Source: Mizuhopecten yessoensis
Taxonomy: Eukaryota
Direction of reading: 5' to 3'
DNA length: 58,221 bases
Assembly (NCBI RefSeq): GCF_002113885.1
Contig: NW_018408872.1
Location: 111,739-169,959 of the forward strand
The notes below the pieces were generated by a model. That model did no database searches, was not told the origin of the DNA, and saw only the letters and a program-made list of their open reading frames with translations. A program made the translations under genes and the position numbers. Below, piece after piece: positions 24,870 to 39,500 of this stretch (positions within the stretch are counted from its first letter, which is position 1; the number at the start of each line of letters is the position of its first letter).

Positions 24870-27800
24870 ATGTCTGAAAGATACAGCTTTTCTCTAACCA
24901 CATTCAGGTAAAATGTATAATTATATAGGAATGGCGGTACAAACAGCTATAAAAGTTATAGCCTACATGGTTTACTCAAAAGTTCATTTGGAAATCTATA
25001 AGTAGTGCGTCTTTTAATAACTGTTTGTCAGAAAATTAGAAAAGTAATATAATGTTCATGTGACTTGCATTTTTGAACCATATCCCAGCTACTGCATAAG
25101 AGACCCTTTCTTCTTTNTTTTTAATTCTCTTCTTTACTGATATTCATAAAGCAGAGCAAACTAATGTGTCCACTTCAATGTCTAATCAAAATGCTGTAAT
25201 GATTTACACAGTTGAACGGAAGTAAAAATTGTCAAGCGTTTAAAGTTTATATTTATCTAAGTATCAATAAAGATATTTTACTGTACAAAACTGTACAGAT
25301 AATGTTTGTCTTTTTAAGTGATTGTTAATTTGGTTGCATTAGATGAAACTAGATTCAATAATGAATATTTTGTACAAGCAGATCTAGCATTGAAATTCAA
25401 CAGTTTTAGTTGTAAAATCTACTGTAAGGTAATATCACAAATTTGGATCAAATTAAATATCAACAGAAACGATCCCCAAATAGAAGAATTAATAAGAACT
25501 GAATATACAGTTGACGTTCTACAATAAATGCAGAAAAAAACAAGAGTAGTAATACTGAAAATTCCGAAATTTGACCCTTTGAAACACCTTACGTTTTCCC
25601 TTGGAAAGCTGTCGGTGACAATAGCAGACGACCCGTGAACTTTGACCTCGTCAATGAACCAAGCGACCTCGTCATTGACCCTGCTTCGTACATACTCGGG
25701 TATTTCCGTCCTAGTGGGAATGACCCTCGTGTGTTACGATCGATTATCAATATTTAGCTGGAAAATGTGTATGTTTAGAAAGTTGTCAGTATCAAATTAT
25801 GTATTTCTTTCCAAAATCTAAGCTAAATCACCAGTAACGATGAAAGTTACTTGATCGATACACAATAGAAAAGAAAAAACAATAAAAACTTATTTTTTAA
25901 CCATCTTACCTGCTTGTTTAAGCACAGATATTTTTCCCCTTTTTAAAAAAAAAAAGGAAGTTAAAGTAAAAAGTTTGATTAAATCCTAGCAATTATTTCA
26001 TAATCAAAATGTGGTACTTACTTGCCAACCTTTTGAAATTTCCATTGGGAGATTCTGCATGCTCTGAATCAAAAACATGATTATGTAAAAGGTGTACGTG
26101 TATATTTATATATAACTGGGGTTATCCCTTAGGTAAAAAATAAGGCATCATGTCAGATTTTATCATGGAATTTAGAAGCAGTGAATAGAATGAACATTTG
26201 ACTGATTACAATTGTATATAATTAAGACATGACATTCTATTTTCCAGTCCTTCAGGGAAACTTGTACAGATTGAATATGCCTTAGCGGCTGTGGCAGCTG
26301 GTGCGCCATCTGTTGGAATAAAAGGTAAGAATAAAACAAAATTGAAGTCCGTAGATAGTGTTGTTCCTTGATCTGATGATATATGATGTAAAGCTAAACA
26401 ACCGGTACAGACAGAACATGAATACATTACTGCCAATATCTTGTTTCAAATATATATTGCACTATAAAGTACTATGTAGTAGGGATAAGATTTTTCTCTA
26501 GTGAATTTTTGTCATATAATTTACTTACTGGGTATATTGTGGTATCTTTACATGAACTATATTGTGGTGTCTTTACATGAACCATATTGGTGATAATTTC
26601 TGGAGTTGCACAGATACTTTAAGTTAATAATATTACATATAAAGATCTTTATGTGGACTACATTTATGTTCTTGTTAATTTCATTATTGAAATGAATACA
26701 ATTGTTATATATCTTGTAGCTACCAATGGAGTTGTGTTGGCTACAGAGAAGAAACAGAAATCCATATTGTATGATGAGAACAGTATACACAAGATAGAAA
26801 TGATAACGAAGAATGTAGGCATGGTATACAGTGGGATGGGACCAGATTACAGGTAAGCTCTAATAAAGAGAGTATTTAATACAGGTAATATAAATGTCAC
26901 TCAATTACTGGCATATTTCCTCAGTTATCCTTAAATTATAAGTAAAATTTTGCTTATAACATGCTATGATTTGCAGTTTGATGAAACCCATGAACGTTAA
27001 CATTTCTATGCTGCAATTCAAAATGATAATGATATATTTATTTTTTAAGAAGAATATTCAATATATACATATGTATATATGCATGATGAATATTGTACTG
27101 CAATTGATATTCTATTTCCTCAGTCAAAATACCCTGCTTGTTGGTATTCATAATATACTTATAATACACCCTTTATGTAGTGCACAATGCCTTCAAACCT
27201 GGCAACTATTGAAGTAATGTATATATATTATCAATGTAAAATGCATATAGTTGTAATTATCATATATATATAAATAAATTTTTGAAGACCGGAGCTGAAG
27301 TTTTTTCTATAATCATCTAAATTAAATACCATATTTGCCCTTTTTAATTACTTCAACCCTTCATATTTCTATGCAGGGACTGATTGATAAAAAAAACCAT
27401 AACATATAAATGAACAAACCAAAGACTTGTTTCTGCAAAAATTCAAGTCTATCATCGATCAGTTATGGTCTGCTAAAGCACCACTTTTGGTACAAGTTAC
27501 AGACATGTATTGAAGTTTTGGAGCATTTGATACTATTTCATTTACATTCTTTTTAAATAAGAAGACTATTGTATACCTGGGCCCAGTTGTTCAAACTGTG
27601 ATTAGCTTAATCAGTGCTAAGCGCAAATTTTATTTTTTGTATATCTTTAAACACAGCTATTAACCAAGTTTAAGCTTTTGAGATAGCAAATATTTTAGAA
27701 GAGTAAACTACATGCACAATTTCAAGCTTTTACCTTGTATATTGACCAAATAATTTGAGGTTGAAAAAATGTTGTTAAACAGTGATTTAGCTAATCATCT

Positions 27801-30800
27801 TTTGAACAACTGGGCCTAGGTATATATATACTAAATTTCTTAGTTATTGAAAATTCTCATTAAAGGAATATTTCAAATGTGTACATGGATATGAAGGATA
27901 ATATCTGTGAGGCCTAAAAAATGAATATTGCTTTGTTGGATTCAGATGTTTTGTTCCATGTCATATTCTGTTTGAATTATAGGGTATTAGTAAAGAGTGC
28001 TCGTAAATTAGCACAGCAGTACTACATGCTTTACCAGGAACACATTCCTACAGCTCAGATTGTACAGAGGATTGCCAATGTCATGCAAGAATACACACAG
28101 TCAGGGTAAGAATTTTCAAAACATATACAGTAGAACTAGAACTGATAAAGAGCGAGTTTGATCATCAACTATAGCGACTGCGGTCTAACTAGAGTACGAT
28201 CAAAATCACTTTAGTAACGTGTATTGCCCATGTGTAAAGAAACAAGATTACCGTGCACATGCCTGTTAACTATAGTTCAATCTACCACTTTACTTTGGTC
28301 AGACCAGAACAATTAGTGGTCGTTTGCGCATGCATGATTATTTGAAAGCAATGCAGTGATTGGTTGCTGCTTACCAGTATGTGTAAGCACATGGAATGTA
28401 ACAGCCCGACTATGGTAAATGGTTGATGATCAAACTCGCCCTTAGTATGAATTCACATACACTGCCAATTGTTGCTTGTTACAAAGTTGCAGTTGTCTCC
28501 CCGGAAATGTAATTGTCTTATGAATACCTAACTCTGTAAATTATAACAAATAAACAGCAAACAAAATTCTGGTGTTCTTTAAAATATAGATTTACTGTAT
28601 GTAGATTGTAGAACTTCACATATATTCAGATATTGTTTTGATAAAAGCCTGACTGTTGAAAACTTCAGTAGATTATTTCCAAAATGTATACAAAATGTCA
28701 ATCTATTGCCACACAATTTCTGCCCAATGATGAATTTCAATGTATGTTTTGATATACAGGGATGACATTATTACCAGCACTTGATGGATAAATTATCATT
28801 GTTACTTATGCATAATTGATGTAAAATCTATTTGAAATTAAATATTTTCATGCACTTCCCTATGGTACATAACCTGATCATTGAATAATCAGACTGAAAT
28901 GTATTTATGTTTGTGCTTTGATATCAGGGGTGTGCGACCGTTTGGTGTATCACTCCTGCTGGCTGGCTGGGATGAGGATGAGGAGACACCATACCTCTAC
29001 CAGTGTGACCCCTCTGTAAGTATTGTCTCATCATTGGATGCGTACACATACCCTTAACATCCCTCTCCATGACAGGACTTTTTATAGTATGATTCTGACA
29101 GCCTGACTTGTTGGCTGGTTACTAGATCTTGTTTGGACCATATTTTCCTTACACTATAAAAACCTGTTATACTTCTATGTATGCTGAAACTAAGTCTTGC
29201 GACTCCCCTCCCCCTCCTTCACCGATCAGTATTCACTATTCAGAGATCTAATCCTTTGTTCTTTAATTTTCATGTTTGGAGAAAATGTAGAATACTAATT
29301 TTGGGGTGTCCCTGTCACATTTGGTTTACATGCAATAACTCCCTGCAAAAAAGTTCTCGACTTCAACCAAATTTTGAGCGCGCTTTAATATTGGCAACTG
29401 TCCGGGTCATTTTGACTGCCAAGTGAATGTGTGCAATCTTCATAACCAAATTTGACATACATATATATATATATACATTCTAGTTAATATCATGTTACGC
29501 CTATGACTGAGTTTGCCAGTCTGAACAATGTTTAGTGTGCATCAAACTTATCAGTATTAAAGTATATGAAAGAAGAAAGCCAGAGACTTTCCTGGCAATT
29601 TTGCTTAAGATTCTACATTCTATTAAACAATGTCTACAGGAAACCATTACAATGAAAAACAGATATAACATGTCCTGTAAGCAGGGGATACACATTCCAC
29701 AAATTTGCTTGTTGAAACTTAATTTTTTATTTAAAGATTTTGAAGCATTTCCAATTTTTCATGTATATTTTTTTATGAATTGTGACCTTCACCATTTGTT
29801 CTTATTGTTATATATTTACTTTTTTTTCAGGGAGCATATTTTGCCTGGAAAGCTACTGCCATTGGAAAGAATCATGTGAATGGAAAGACGTTTTTAGAAA
29901 AGAGGTAAACAAACATGTCTTTTATATACAGTCAGAGTCCTATGTCCTATTAGGCTTTCCTGATATCAATTCTGAATGTTTATGATGGTTTTGCTTTCCA
30001 TTCCCCCCAATATATAAAATCTGAATTTGACCTAGATATATAAAACAAATGCAGAAATACATCATCTACACATATGGTTGGTTGCGTAGATATTCGTGTA
30101 CCACCATTTAATATGAGATGGTGCCGGGGGTCTTATAGTGTGACCAACCAATGTTGTTTCTGTCTTATGACTTTATTTCTCGAAAGGTTCTGATCAGAAT
30201 TCATTCAAAGATCGAGCACTAAGGGTTCCAAGGCCCAGGTCACTGGTACTTATAAGTAAGTTATAAAAGAAAACTTTTGTCACAAATTAAGCAACTTCAT
30301 TTTTGAACAGATCTTTATCCAACTTCATACATTGATATCAAGACAGGCATGGGTATTCATCTGAAGTTATGAAGTATGGTTATAGATGTGCCTAGAATGA
30401 GTTTGTATTTTAGGCTGCCAAGGCTAAAGTCACTTCATCTAGAAAATTGATAAACAGCTACATGGGCACTCATGCTAACAGATGTTCTCTGAAAAGGAAA
30501 TTAAGTATAGGAAGTGTTTACAAGTTCCTTGTATTATGTCTCTCATACCCATATGGCTATTAACCATAAAACAAAAATACAAGGTAGGATTTAATATTAT
30601 TCATCATGTTGATGCAATAACAAGAGGCCCAGCGTGCCTGTATCGCTCACCTGGAAATGTTAGCAAAATTGACGTTGAAATATATAGCCAGATGTTGCTG
30701 GTAGTGTACATGTATTACATGATTAGTCGGGGTTATATTTATATGCAATTGGACAAAATCCTGTCATTCCTACACGAAAAGGAAGATTTTGAAGAATTTG

Positions 30801-32135
30801 CTATGTTTCCCTATCATTCCTACAGAAGAAGAAGGATTTTAAAGCAATTTTTTATTTTCCCTTTTTGGCCCGCCCCTCTGCTCCCAGGGGGTTCAGACCC
30901 ATCATTTATACAAATTATTTTCCCTTCCTTATATGATGCTGCTGTTCAAATATGATCAAAACATGTTTCCCCTATCATCCCAACAGGACAAGAAGGATTT
31001 TAAAGCTATTCCTCTATAACCCTTATTGGGCCCTGCCTCTCTGCCCAAAGGACCCGTCAGACCCACTGTTTATACAAAATTGGTTCTCCTTCACCCAAGG
31101 GTGCTTCATACCAAATTTGGACAAAATCCTGTCATTCCTACAGAAGAAGGATTTTGAAGAATTTGCTTTGTTTCCCCTATTGGGCTCCACCCCTCTGCTC
31201 CCGGGGGGGGGGGTCAGACCCACCATTTATACAAAATTTAGTCCCCTTCACCCACATATACTTTTGACCAAATATGGACAAAATCCTGTCACTCCTACAG
31301 AAGAAGAAGAATTTTTAAGAATTTGCTAAATTACCCCTAATTGGGCCCCATCCCTTTGCCCCCAGGGAGGTCAGACCCACCGTATACACAAAAATCAGTT
31401 CCCCTTCACCCAAGGATGCTTTAGACCAAGTTTGGACAAAATCCTGCCATTCATACAGAAGAAGGATTTTGAAGAATTTGCTATTTTTCCTCTATAAGGC
31501 CCACCCCTCTGCCCCCAATGGGGCCACACTCACTGTTTATACAAAATTGAGTCCTCTTGGCCCAAGGATGTTTTAGTCTTACTCTAAATTAGGATAAAAT
31601 CCCTTACTGGGTAATACCTATGGTAGAAGAAGGGTTTTAAAGGTTTTACCTCTATTTCCCCTATTGGGCCCTGCTCCTCTACCCCGAGGGTGGCCACATC
31701 CATCGTTTATACAAAATTGAGTCCCCTTGGCCTAAGGATGCTCCAGACCAAATTTAGTCAAAATCTACTGGGCCGTTCAGGACTAGTAGCGTTTTAAAGG
31801 AAAAGTTGATGAACAGAAGATGGACGCTGCGGTATGACATAAGCTCACCATGGTCCTTTGGACCAAGTGGACTAAAAATGAATCTTCAGGAATATGAAAT
31901 AATTATTAATTTTCATTGCCTTAAAAAACATAAGTTCACATATTTTCTTTCTACATCTAGGTACAGTGATAATCTTGAGCTAGAGGATGCCGTCCACACA
32001 GCTATTTTAACCTTGAAAGAAAGCTTTGAGGGTCAAATGACAGAAGATAACATCGAGATTGGAATCTGTAATCAGGATGGTTTCAAGAGATTATCACCAG
32101 CGGAGGTCAAAGACTATCTAGCCTCTGTGCAGTAA
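24870..32135 (+). CDS. PSMA2: 20S proteasome subunit alpha type-2, 7 coding exons, 235 aa
   Basis: Exons 24870-24907, 26248-26324, 26720-26852, 27983-28105, 28928-29015, 29831-29904, 31961-32135 (708 nt, GT-AG). Translation [50 protein letters not shown]...[12 protein letters not shown]...[17 protein letters not shown]...[14 protein letters not shown]...[36 protein letters not shown] at 32714-32719. Confidence 0.98.
27580..27816. mobile_element. MITE, PIF/Harbinger-like, in PSMA2 intron 3
   Basis: TIR GGCCCAGTTGTTCAAA/TTTGAACAACTGGGCC followed by TGATTAGCT repeats; imperfect 3-bp TSD. Confidence 0.7.
28149..28442. mobile_element. MITE, PIF/Harbinger-like, in PSMA2 intron 4
   Basis: TIR AG(A/G)GCGAGTTTGATCATCAAC at both ends; TAA/TAG flanks. 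Confidence 0.65.
30619..31878 (+). mobile_element. HINE-like element with internal tandem repeat array, in PSMA2 intron 6
   Basis: 5' AACAAGAGGCCC...GCCTGTATCGCTCACCTG; ~120-bp degenerate repeats (GGACAAAATCCTGTCATTCCTACAGAAGAAG...); 3' AGCTCACC..GGTCCTTTGGACCAAGTGGACTAAAAA. Confidence 0.75.
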
Positions 32136-33848
32136 TGGAGTTGTGCTATCATTGACATTACTTAGACTGCCTCTAATTGACACATTAAAAAAAAAAGATC
32201 TAAAATTTGGTCATACATGCTTGATCAAAATCCTCCAATATTGAGACTTTTTAAACAAGTACAATCAGGATGTGACTCCAGATGTTGGAACATTTTCAAT
32301 ACCAGAGGAATAACGTCAACAGCTTGAATTGTAAAAACCTGAGCTACAATTTGTAACTTTGTGATCAAACTTATGTAAAGATATGATATATCTATGTAAC
32401 ATTGTACAAGTAACACAATGTGCTGTCACCATCCTCTCAATGAAGATAAATTCAGACAGCATTTTCATATCCTTTAATACTTGAAATGATTTAAGTATGT
32501 ACATTAAAGAATAATGGTAGCAGAAAAAAGTGCTAATGTTGTTGAAAATTGTATTAAATTGATTCAGACTAAACTTAATATTGAAAATGTTCATCAATAA
32601 CTCTTAAAACATTATCTGTGTACATACTGGTACTTGTAATCTATTGAAGAATATTGAGATACAATGTATGTTGATATGGTGATATCACTGTCATAGAGTT
32701 CATTGTGATATAAAATAAACCATCATTCATATACAATTTAACTGCTTTGTTTTCATATTAGACATGTTCTTTATAGTGTCCTGTATTGTGATCAAGATTT
32801 CATAATCTGTAGTGATAGCCTGTTAAGTCTCCTCTTCCATTGAACATATTAATTGTAGTGATTCTACATCTCCTTCTAGGTCTACTAATAACTTATTGCG
32901 TAACTTTTAAACTGCTAAGTATATCTTGATCAAGTCCTACATCACTTAGAGATGATGTTAAGTGCTCTGTCAAAAAGTCACTGTAACCTTGACCTCAAAG
33001 TCAAAGGTAAAGAAATCATATTTCAGGAACATTTTGTCCGAGCGGTAACTTCTAAACTATTAAAAGATAACATGAAGAAATAAACTATTAAAAGATAACA
33101 TGAAGAAACTTTCAGTATTTCTATAACACCCACAGGCAGTATACAGAGCACTATCATTAGGTTATCGTGACCTTGACCTCAAGGTCTAAGGTAAAATATA
33201 TGTAACCTTTTTAGTTCCTTTTTTTTTCTTACTTGTAAGGTACTAATGAATATCAAAAATTTGTATTCAAATTGATTCATTTTATAATTTATTAGAAGAC
33301 AGTTCCTCTAAGATACGCATTTATTTCACTTTATTTGCCTGCATTTTTTGGCAAATGAATGGGAAGGAATATTGGCTATAAAGGTGATGAGACCTGTTTC
33401 TATTGAAAAAAAAGACAAATCTCTTGTTTTAATTTTGTATAAACATGTACCTCAACATAATGTTACATTGTATATTTGCCACCTCTCACATTTAGCTCAC
33501 CTGCCAAGAGGGGATGAAGCACAACTAACCTTGCGAAAAATCACGACCTTGACCTACCTTCCAGATCACATGTCAAATATATAAAAAAAAAATGGCTACT
33601 GACTAGCTGAAAGCTGGAATGGAGCCTGACAAAATTAGTGAAATAAAATTACTTGCTTTCAGCAGTGGCAGTGTTAAATATGTCAAACATCAACAGATTT
33701 TTTTCTGACAAACCAAAAGGCTGAGTAATAATTTGACTGATATAATTAAAAGCAACAAAAGTCTCCTAGAGCCAATTGCCTCCAGCACTCCTCAACCCTG
33801 CCAGTCAACAATATGCTTCAGAAATGAAAATCATTTGCAAATTTCAAA

Positions 33849-36571
33849 CAAACAAGAGGCCAAATGGGCCTGCATCACTAATCTGGTACACATCTCACAC
33901 TTGTAATCTTAAAAACTGATCTTAGGTGAAGCTAAAGGCAAAATATCAGTATTTATGATTAAATTCATTCAAAAGAACCTGTTAAAAGATTTAAAAACAT
34001 TTCACCCCTGTGACCTTGAAAGTCTAACAAGGTCAGTATATTGAACACATTTTATAGCCCTTCATCTCAGGATGCAACTTGCAAAAAATCATCCCCCTTT
34101 ACTTTTGTTCATCGAAATTAGGTCATTAAAATATTTACACATATTTGAATAAATGTGACCTCGAAAGTGGGTCAAGGTCATTCGAATAAAAAAGCTTGAT
34201 GGCTCTCATCCAAACAAGCTACTGGCTAAATATCACATTCTGGGCCTCGTGGTTATTCAGAAGAAGTTGTTTAAAGATTTTAAATAAATTTGACCCCTGT
34301 GACCTTGAATATAATCAAGGTCATTCACTTAAAAAAACTTACTGGCTCTTAATCTCACCATGCTACTGACCAGATATCAACATTATAGGCCTTATGGTTA
34401 TTCAGAAGAAGTTGTTTAAAGATTTTGACATATTTGACCCCGAGACTTTGAATATAATGCAAGGACATTCATTTGAACAAACTTGGTAGGCCGTCATCAC
34501 AGCATGCTACTGGCCAAAGACTTTGAATATAATGCAAGAACATTCATTTGAACAATCTTGGTAGGACGTCATCACAGCATGCTACTGGCCAAATATCAAC
34601 ATCCTAGGCCTTTTGGTTACAAGGAAGAAATTGTTTAAAGATTTTGAACATATTTGACCCCTGTGACCTTAAATAAATGTCAAGGTCATTCATCTGAACA
34701 AACTTAGTAGTCCTTCATGTAACAGGCCAAATATCATCATTCTGTGACTTTTGGTTATTCAGAAAAAGTTATTTAAATATTTTGAACATATTTGATCCTG
34801 GTGACCTTGAAAATACTTCATATGCAAGGTCACAGGGGGGTCAAATATGTTTAAACTTTGAAACTTCTTCTGAATAACCAAAAGCTTCAGGGTAATGACA
34901 TTTGGCCAGTAGCATGGGGGGATGCATCTTCGCTAGCCAAGTGTTCGCTTCGTATACACTCCACGTACCCTTGGCGGATAAAGCGGTGTTTTCATAATTC
35001 CCTCCACTGCCACCTAGCGGATTTAGAGTTATCGTTCTCCTCCCAATAAACATTTAACCAATCAGAATGACTGTTACATACACACTCCATCATAATGCAT
35101 GTGTATGTAGAGGCAGAGTATAAATGACAGAGCAATATGGAAACAATCCAAAGGCAGCACACATATTTTCCCAGGTCATCATTTACCTGTGGCACGTAGT
35201 CAAAGATTTCCACCAACTGATTTAACACTCCAGAAGTTTCCCAAAATATTGTGCACCTACTTTTTTTGGGGCAAAACACTATGACATAAACGACAACAAA
35301 TTTGATGGCTTGGTAAACATGGCTATATCCGCCATGGGTAAGTGGAGTGTATACGAAGCAAACACTTGGCTTAGCGAAGATGGGGGGGATGAAGGGCTAC
35401 TAAGTTTCTTTGAATGGATGAACTTCGCCCATATTCAAGGTCACAGGGGTCAGTTGTCTTAGCCCATATTCAAGGTCACAGGGGTCAATTGTCTTAAAAA
35501 CCTTAAAAAAAACTTCTTCTGAATTACCAAAATGTCCGGGGTGATGATAATGGCTAATAGCATGCAGGGATAAAGGGTTACAAAGTTTGTTCAAATGAAT
35601 GAACTTTGCCCATATTCAAGGTCACATGGGTCAAATACGTTGAAATCTTTAAACGTCTTCTGAGTAACTTAGTGTATAGGGTGACTGCTTGTAGATGTGA
35701 ATGACCTTGACACAATTCCAGGTCACATCTGGTCCATAGTGCATAAATCTTTTAAAAGTCATCTTCTCAGTCAACAAAACGTTCAGAGTGGTGATATTTG
35801 GCAAGTTTCATTCTAAGATGAAGGGCTATAAAGATTTTTCAACTAAATGTCCATGTTTGACTTTCAATGTCACAGAGGTCAAATGTGTTTAAACTTTGAA
35901 ACTTCTTCTGAATAACCAACAGCTTCAGGGTGAAGATAACAGGTTTAACAGGTTTTCTGAATTACTTTAAACTTTATGTCAAGACACTGATATTTTACCT
36001 GTAGCTTTGTTTTAGTCCTCTTTTAAGGTTACAATTGTGAGATTAATACCAGGTGAGCAATGCAGGCCCGTTGGGCTTCTTGTTTTTTTTAGACAATTGA
36101 CCCCTGTGACATTGAATATAAGTGAAGGTCATTCACTTGAACAAACTTGGTAGCCCTTCACCCCAGCATGCTACTGGCCAAATATCATCACCCTGGGCAT
36201 TCGGGTTATAAAGAAGAAGTTGTTAACAGTTTTCAACATATTTGACCCCTGTGATCTTGAACTATGGTCAAGGTGATTCATGTGAACTGGGTAGCCCTTC
36301 ATCCCAGCATGTTACTGGCCAGATCTCATCACCCTAAACCTCTTGGTTATTCAGGAGAAGTAGTTTAAAGGTTTTGATCCCTGTAACCTTGGATATAAGT
36401 AAAGGTCATTCATTTGAACAAACTTGATAGCTCTTCACCTCAGCATGCTACTGGCCATATACCATCACTCTGGGCATTTTGGTTATTCAGAAGTTGTTTA
36501 AAGTAAAATATTGACGCCGGACGTCGCACCAAGGCAGTACAATTGGTCCGAAGGGCCAAGTGAGCTGAAAA
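33849..36571. mobile_element. Composite HINE-like locus: forward element, inverted copy (36085-34826) and nested MITE
   Basis: 5' heads at 33851 (+) and 36085 (-); ~120-bp TTTGACCCCTGTGACCTTGAA repeats in both orientations; 3' hairpin GGTCCGAAGGGCCAAGTGAGCTGAAAA at 36545-36571. A related fragment lies at 14340-14800. Confidence 0.75.
34925..35382. mobile_element. Mutator-type MITE with ~65-bp TIRs and a perfect 9-bp TSD
   Basis: CATCTTCGCTAGCCAAGTGTTCGCTTCGTATACACTCCAC... mirrored at the right end; TSD GGGGGGATG at 34916-34924 and 35383-35391. Confidence 0.85.
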
Positions 36572-39500
36572 CATTTCCTTGCGTTGGTCAAATTTGATGC
36601 CTGTATCTGTCAAGTGATAAAACTCTTATAGATGATCGATGTCTATATTGTAATGTATCTGGAATTATCTTTGGTTTTCCAATGAAGAGTCATCACTTTA
36701 ATATTATAATTACTTCAGCTTTCCAACTGAAATTACATCACTTAGAGCAAGACTGATACAGCTGTAGGGGATATTAGATTTATCCAAATTTTAAGTCTCA
36801 GATAGGTATCAGATTTGCATTGTACAAACACCTTCAGTGTTCAACAAGAATCAGGAGAGAGGAAGCAATTATTACCCATGCTTTAAACATCTTCTATGTC
36901 CCACAATTACCAGGCTTGAGGAATCTTAGATCAGTACCGGTGTTACAATATGTTGTAACATGACCTTCAATGTTCTATAAGAACCAGGAAGAAGGAAGCA
37001 TGTAGTTCCAGTGTACATGTACTTTCAGTGTTGTACAAGGGTTAGAAGAAAACATTAAGGTCTGTACCAGTGTTATCCATAACAACACAATAGGTACCAA
37101 CACCTTCAATGTTCCACCAGTCGAGTAGTATCGGCTGTGAGGATTCAAGTCGGAGAAACTCTGCAATATCTCGACCAGCTTTCAATACAAAACATGTTCG
37201 AAGGGTACCACTTACTTTTTTTTTTACTTATAACTGATAAGTCTATATAAACGTACTTTTAAAAAAAAATATTATGATTTGCAATCCAAATTTAGCCATG
37301 ATTTTGTGGGAGTTCTATTAGGCTTTTTTTTACAATAATCAATGCAAGGTCATGATCATGTGATCTTGGGCTAGGTTGTTAAAACTGAAAACAGTGAAAA
37401 AACAAATCACAAAAAACATCAGTAGTACAATGATTTATTCTTCAATGTGAAGAGTTCAAATTAGAGTCATAGGAGTGTTTTAAACAAACAAAAATAATCA
37501 TGTACTTCAAATTTGTACAGTTTTACAAAATGAGGATAACTGATAACTTTTTAATTAACTTTATTGATTTCTGGCAAGAACAAAATAACAATCAATTTGT
37601 TAGATACACAAAACCAAAGTTAATCATTTCATTTAGAGGTAAAAATGTTCAAAATTTAAACCTGTAATTCCTATGAGCTATATGCATTCTGTAAACTGAT
37701 CATTCAATTGACCCCTGGATGTGACCTTATTTATGAACAAAGGTCCCAAATATTAACCCCTTCATAGTGTTTACAATTTTAACATCGTCCCATTTGAAAA
37801 CATTAATGGGAAAGTAAGAATTTTAATAAAGAAATTCAAAATTACATCTTTCTTCAGAGATCAGAAAAATATATTGGCTTGGAAACAACATTTTGATGTT
37901 TTAATTTTTCCTTATAAAACTGTATAAATATTGAGATGTAGTCTAGAGTTTGTACTGATGTAGGCGTTTAGGAAACTGTATAGTACATACTCCATGAAAA
38001 CAAAACCAGATTTACAACATTTACATGTGATAATTTAATGCACCATGATTATAAAGCACTTAAGCATATACTTATAATGGTGTTTCTCCATTACACACTA
38101 GTTACTGTACATGCTGTTTATAAATAAAGCTGTTCCCTCCATCAGAGGATCTCAAAAACTCATTCTCACCCATGTTGCATCACAAACACAGGTCAACATG
38201 ACCTAGAACTTAAGCCATGGGCTAATTAAAACGAATAGGAAAAGGAGTATGACTCAAATAAAACAGTTAAAATACAAAATAAATCACATTCACTATTACC
38301 CGAAGTATTGATCATGTGTGCCAAAATTTCAGAAATATTGGTCAAGAAGGTAAAAATGTGTCTACTTCAGACAAAATTTAATTCATAAACAAATTCCAAA
38401 CAAATTTTTCAAATGGAAAACTAAACTAAATCTCTAGAATGTTACCGTCCAAGGTAATGCTATTGTGTACCAGGCGTCATAATAACAGATAGAAAAGGTA
38501 AGAAGTGGTGTGTCGTATGATCTTTCCTCTTTAGATTAACCGATACTCTGACAAAAGTATACCCTTGTCAACTTGCTTGCATGGGATAACATTTAAAAGA
38601 CATTTAAAAGACAGGACTGAAGAGGAATCTATCAACCGATCATTCATGTGTTTATCTAATCATCATATTCATCTATCTTCAGCACACCAAACACTCACAA
38701 AAAAGTGTGATGGTGTACCTTTGATGTAAAAAAGATTAGTTGTACGCATACTAACCCGCAAGACTTAAAGTATGGCATGTTATCAAGTTAATTTGCCAGG
38801 AAGGATTCTTTTCAAAGATAAAATAATCTTTTAAACATTATTATAGTACAGCAAACAACATTTCTGTTTAACACATGTACACACATAAAATGCATTTTGC
38901 TCAAATTATGTGGGATGCACATTTATTAACTGTTGTAATTTTCTTGATGTCATGATATCTGCCGAATGACATGGCTATGTCTGGATAGACATGTACTCCT
39001 CAGCATTTAAATTTCTGGGAATAGTCAGTACCAGGTCTTGTGTCATGTATATAATCTTTCAGTGGCCATGGAGGTCAACACTACAAATGACTCGTAGAAG
39101 AAACTTGGCCTGCAGCATAATTCAATAGGATTACAAGCACATTTACTTACACTTTTCGTTTTTTTTAAGCAACACAATTGAGATATACATGTAGCCTACA
39201 TATATATCTCAATTATGCAATATGATATTTTTTAGTCTTGCATATGTAAATTACATTAACTTTGATATCATAATGCCAAAGCATTGTGATAATTATCATG
39301 ACAAGACAATGTCCATGTGTTTTACTGTAAGAAAGTTGTGTTAACGTATTATTTATATCAAGTAATCAAAGTCAATGTAAATTATAAAATGAATATGGCA
39401 CTTTGTGCAACCACATAATACAGGCTTTTTTATATTGATTTTTCTTTTTTAAATCTACCAATACTTGTACATGTATATCATTGTTGGTTGGCTCCACAAC

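Noticed and set aside
30482-31329. 157-aa and 125-aa ORFs in PSMA2 intron 6
   Set aside because: They translate the tandem repeats of a HINE-like element.
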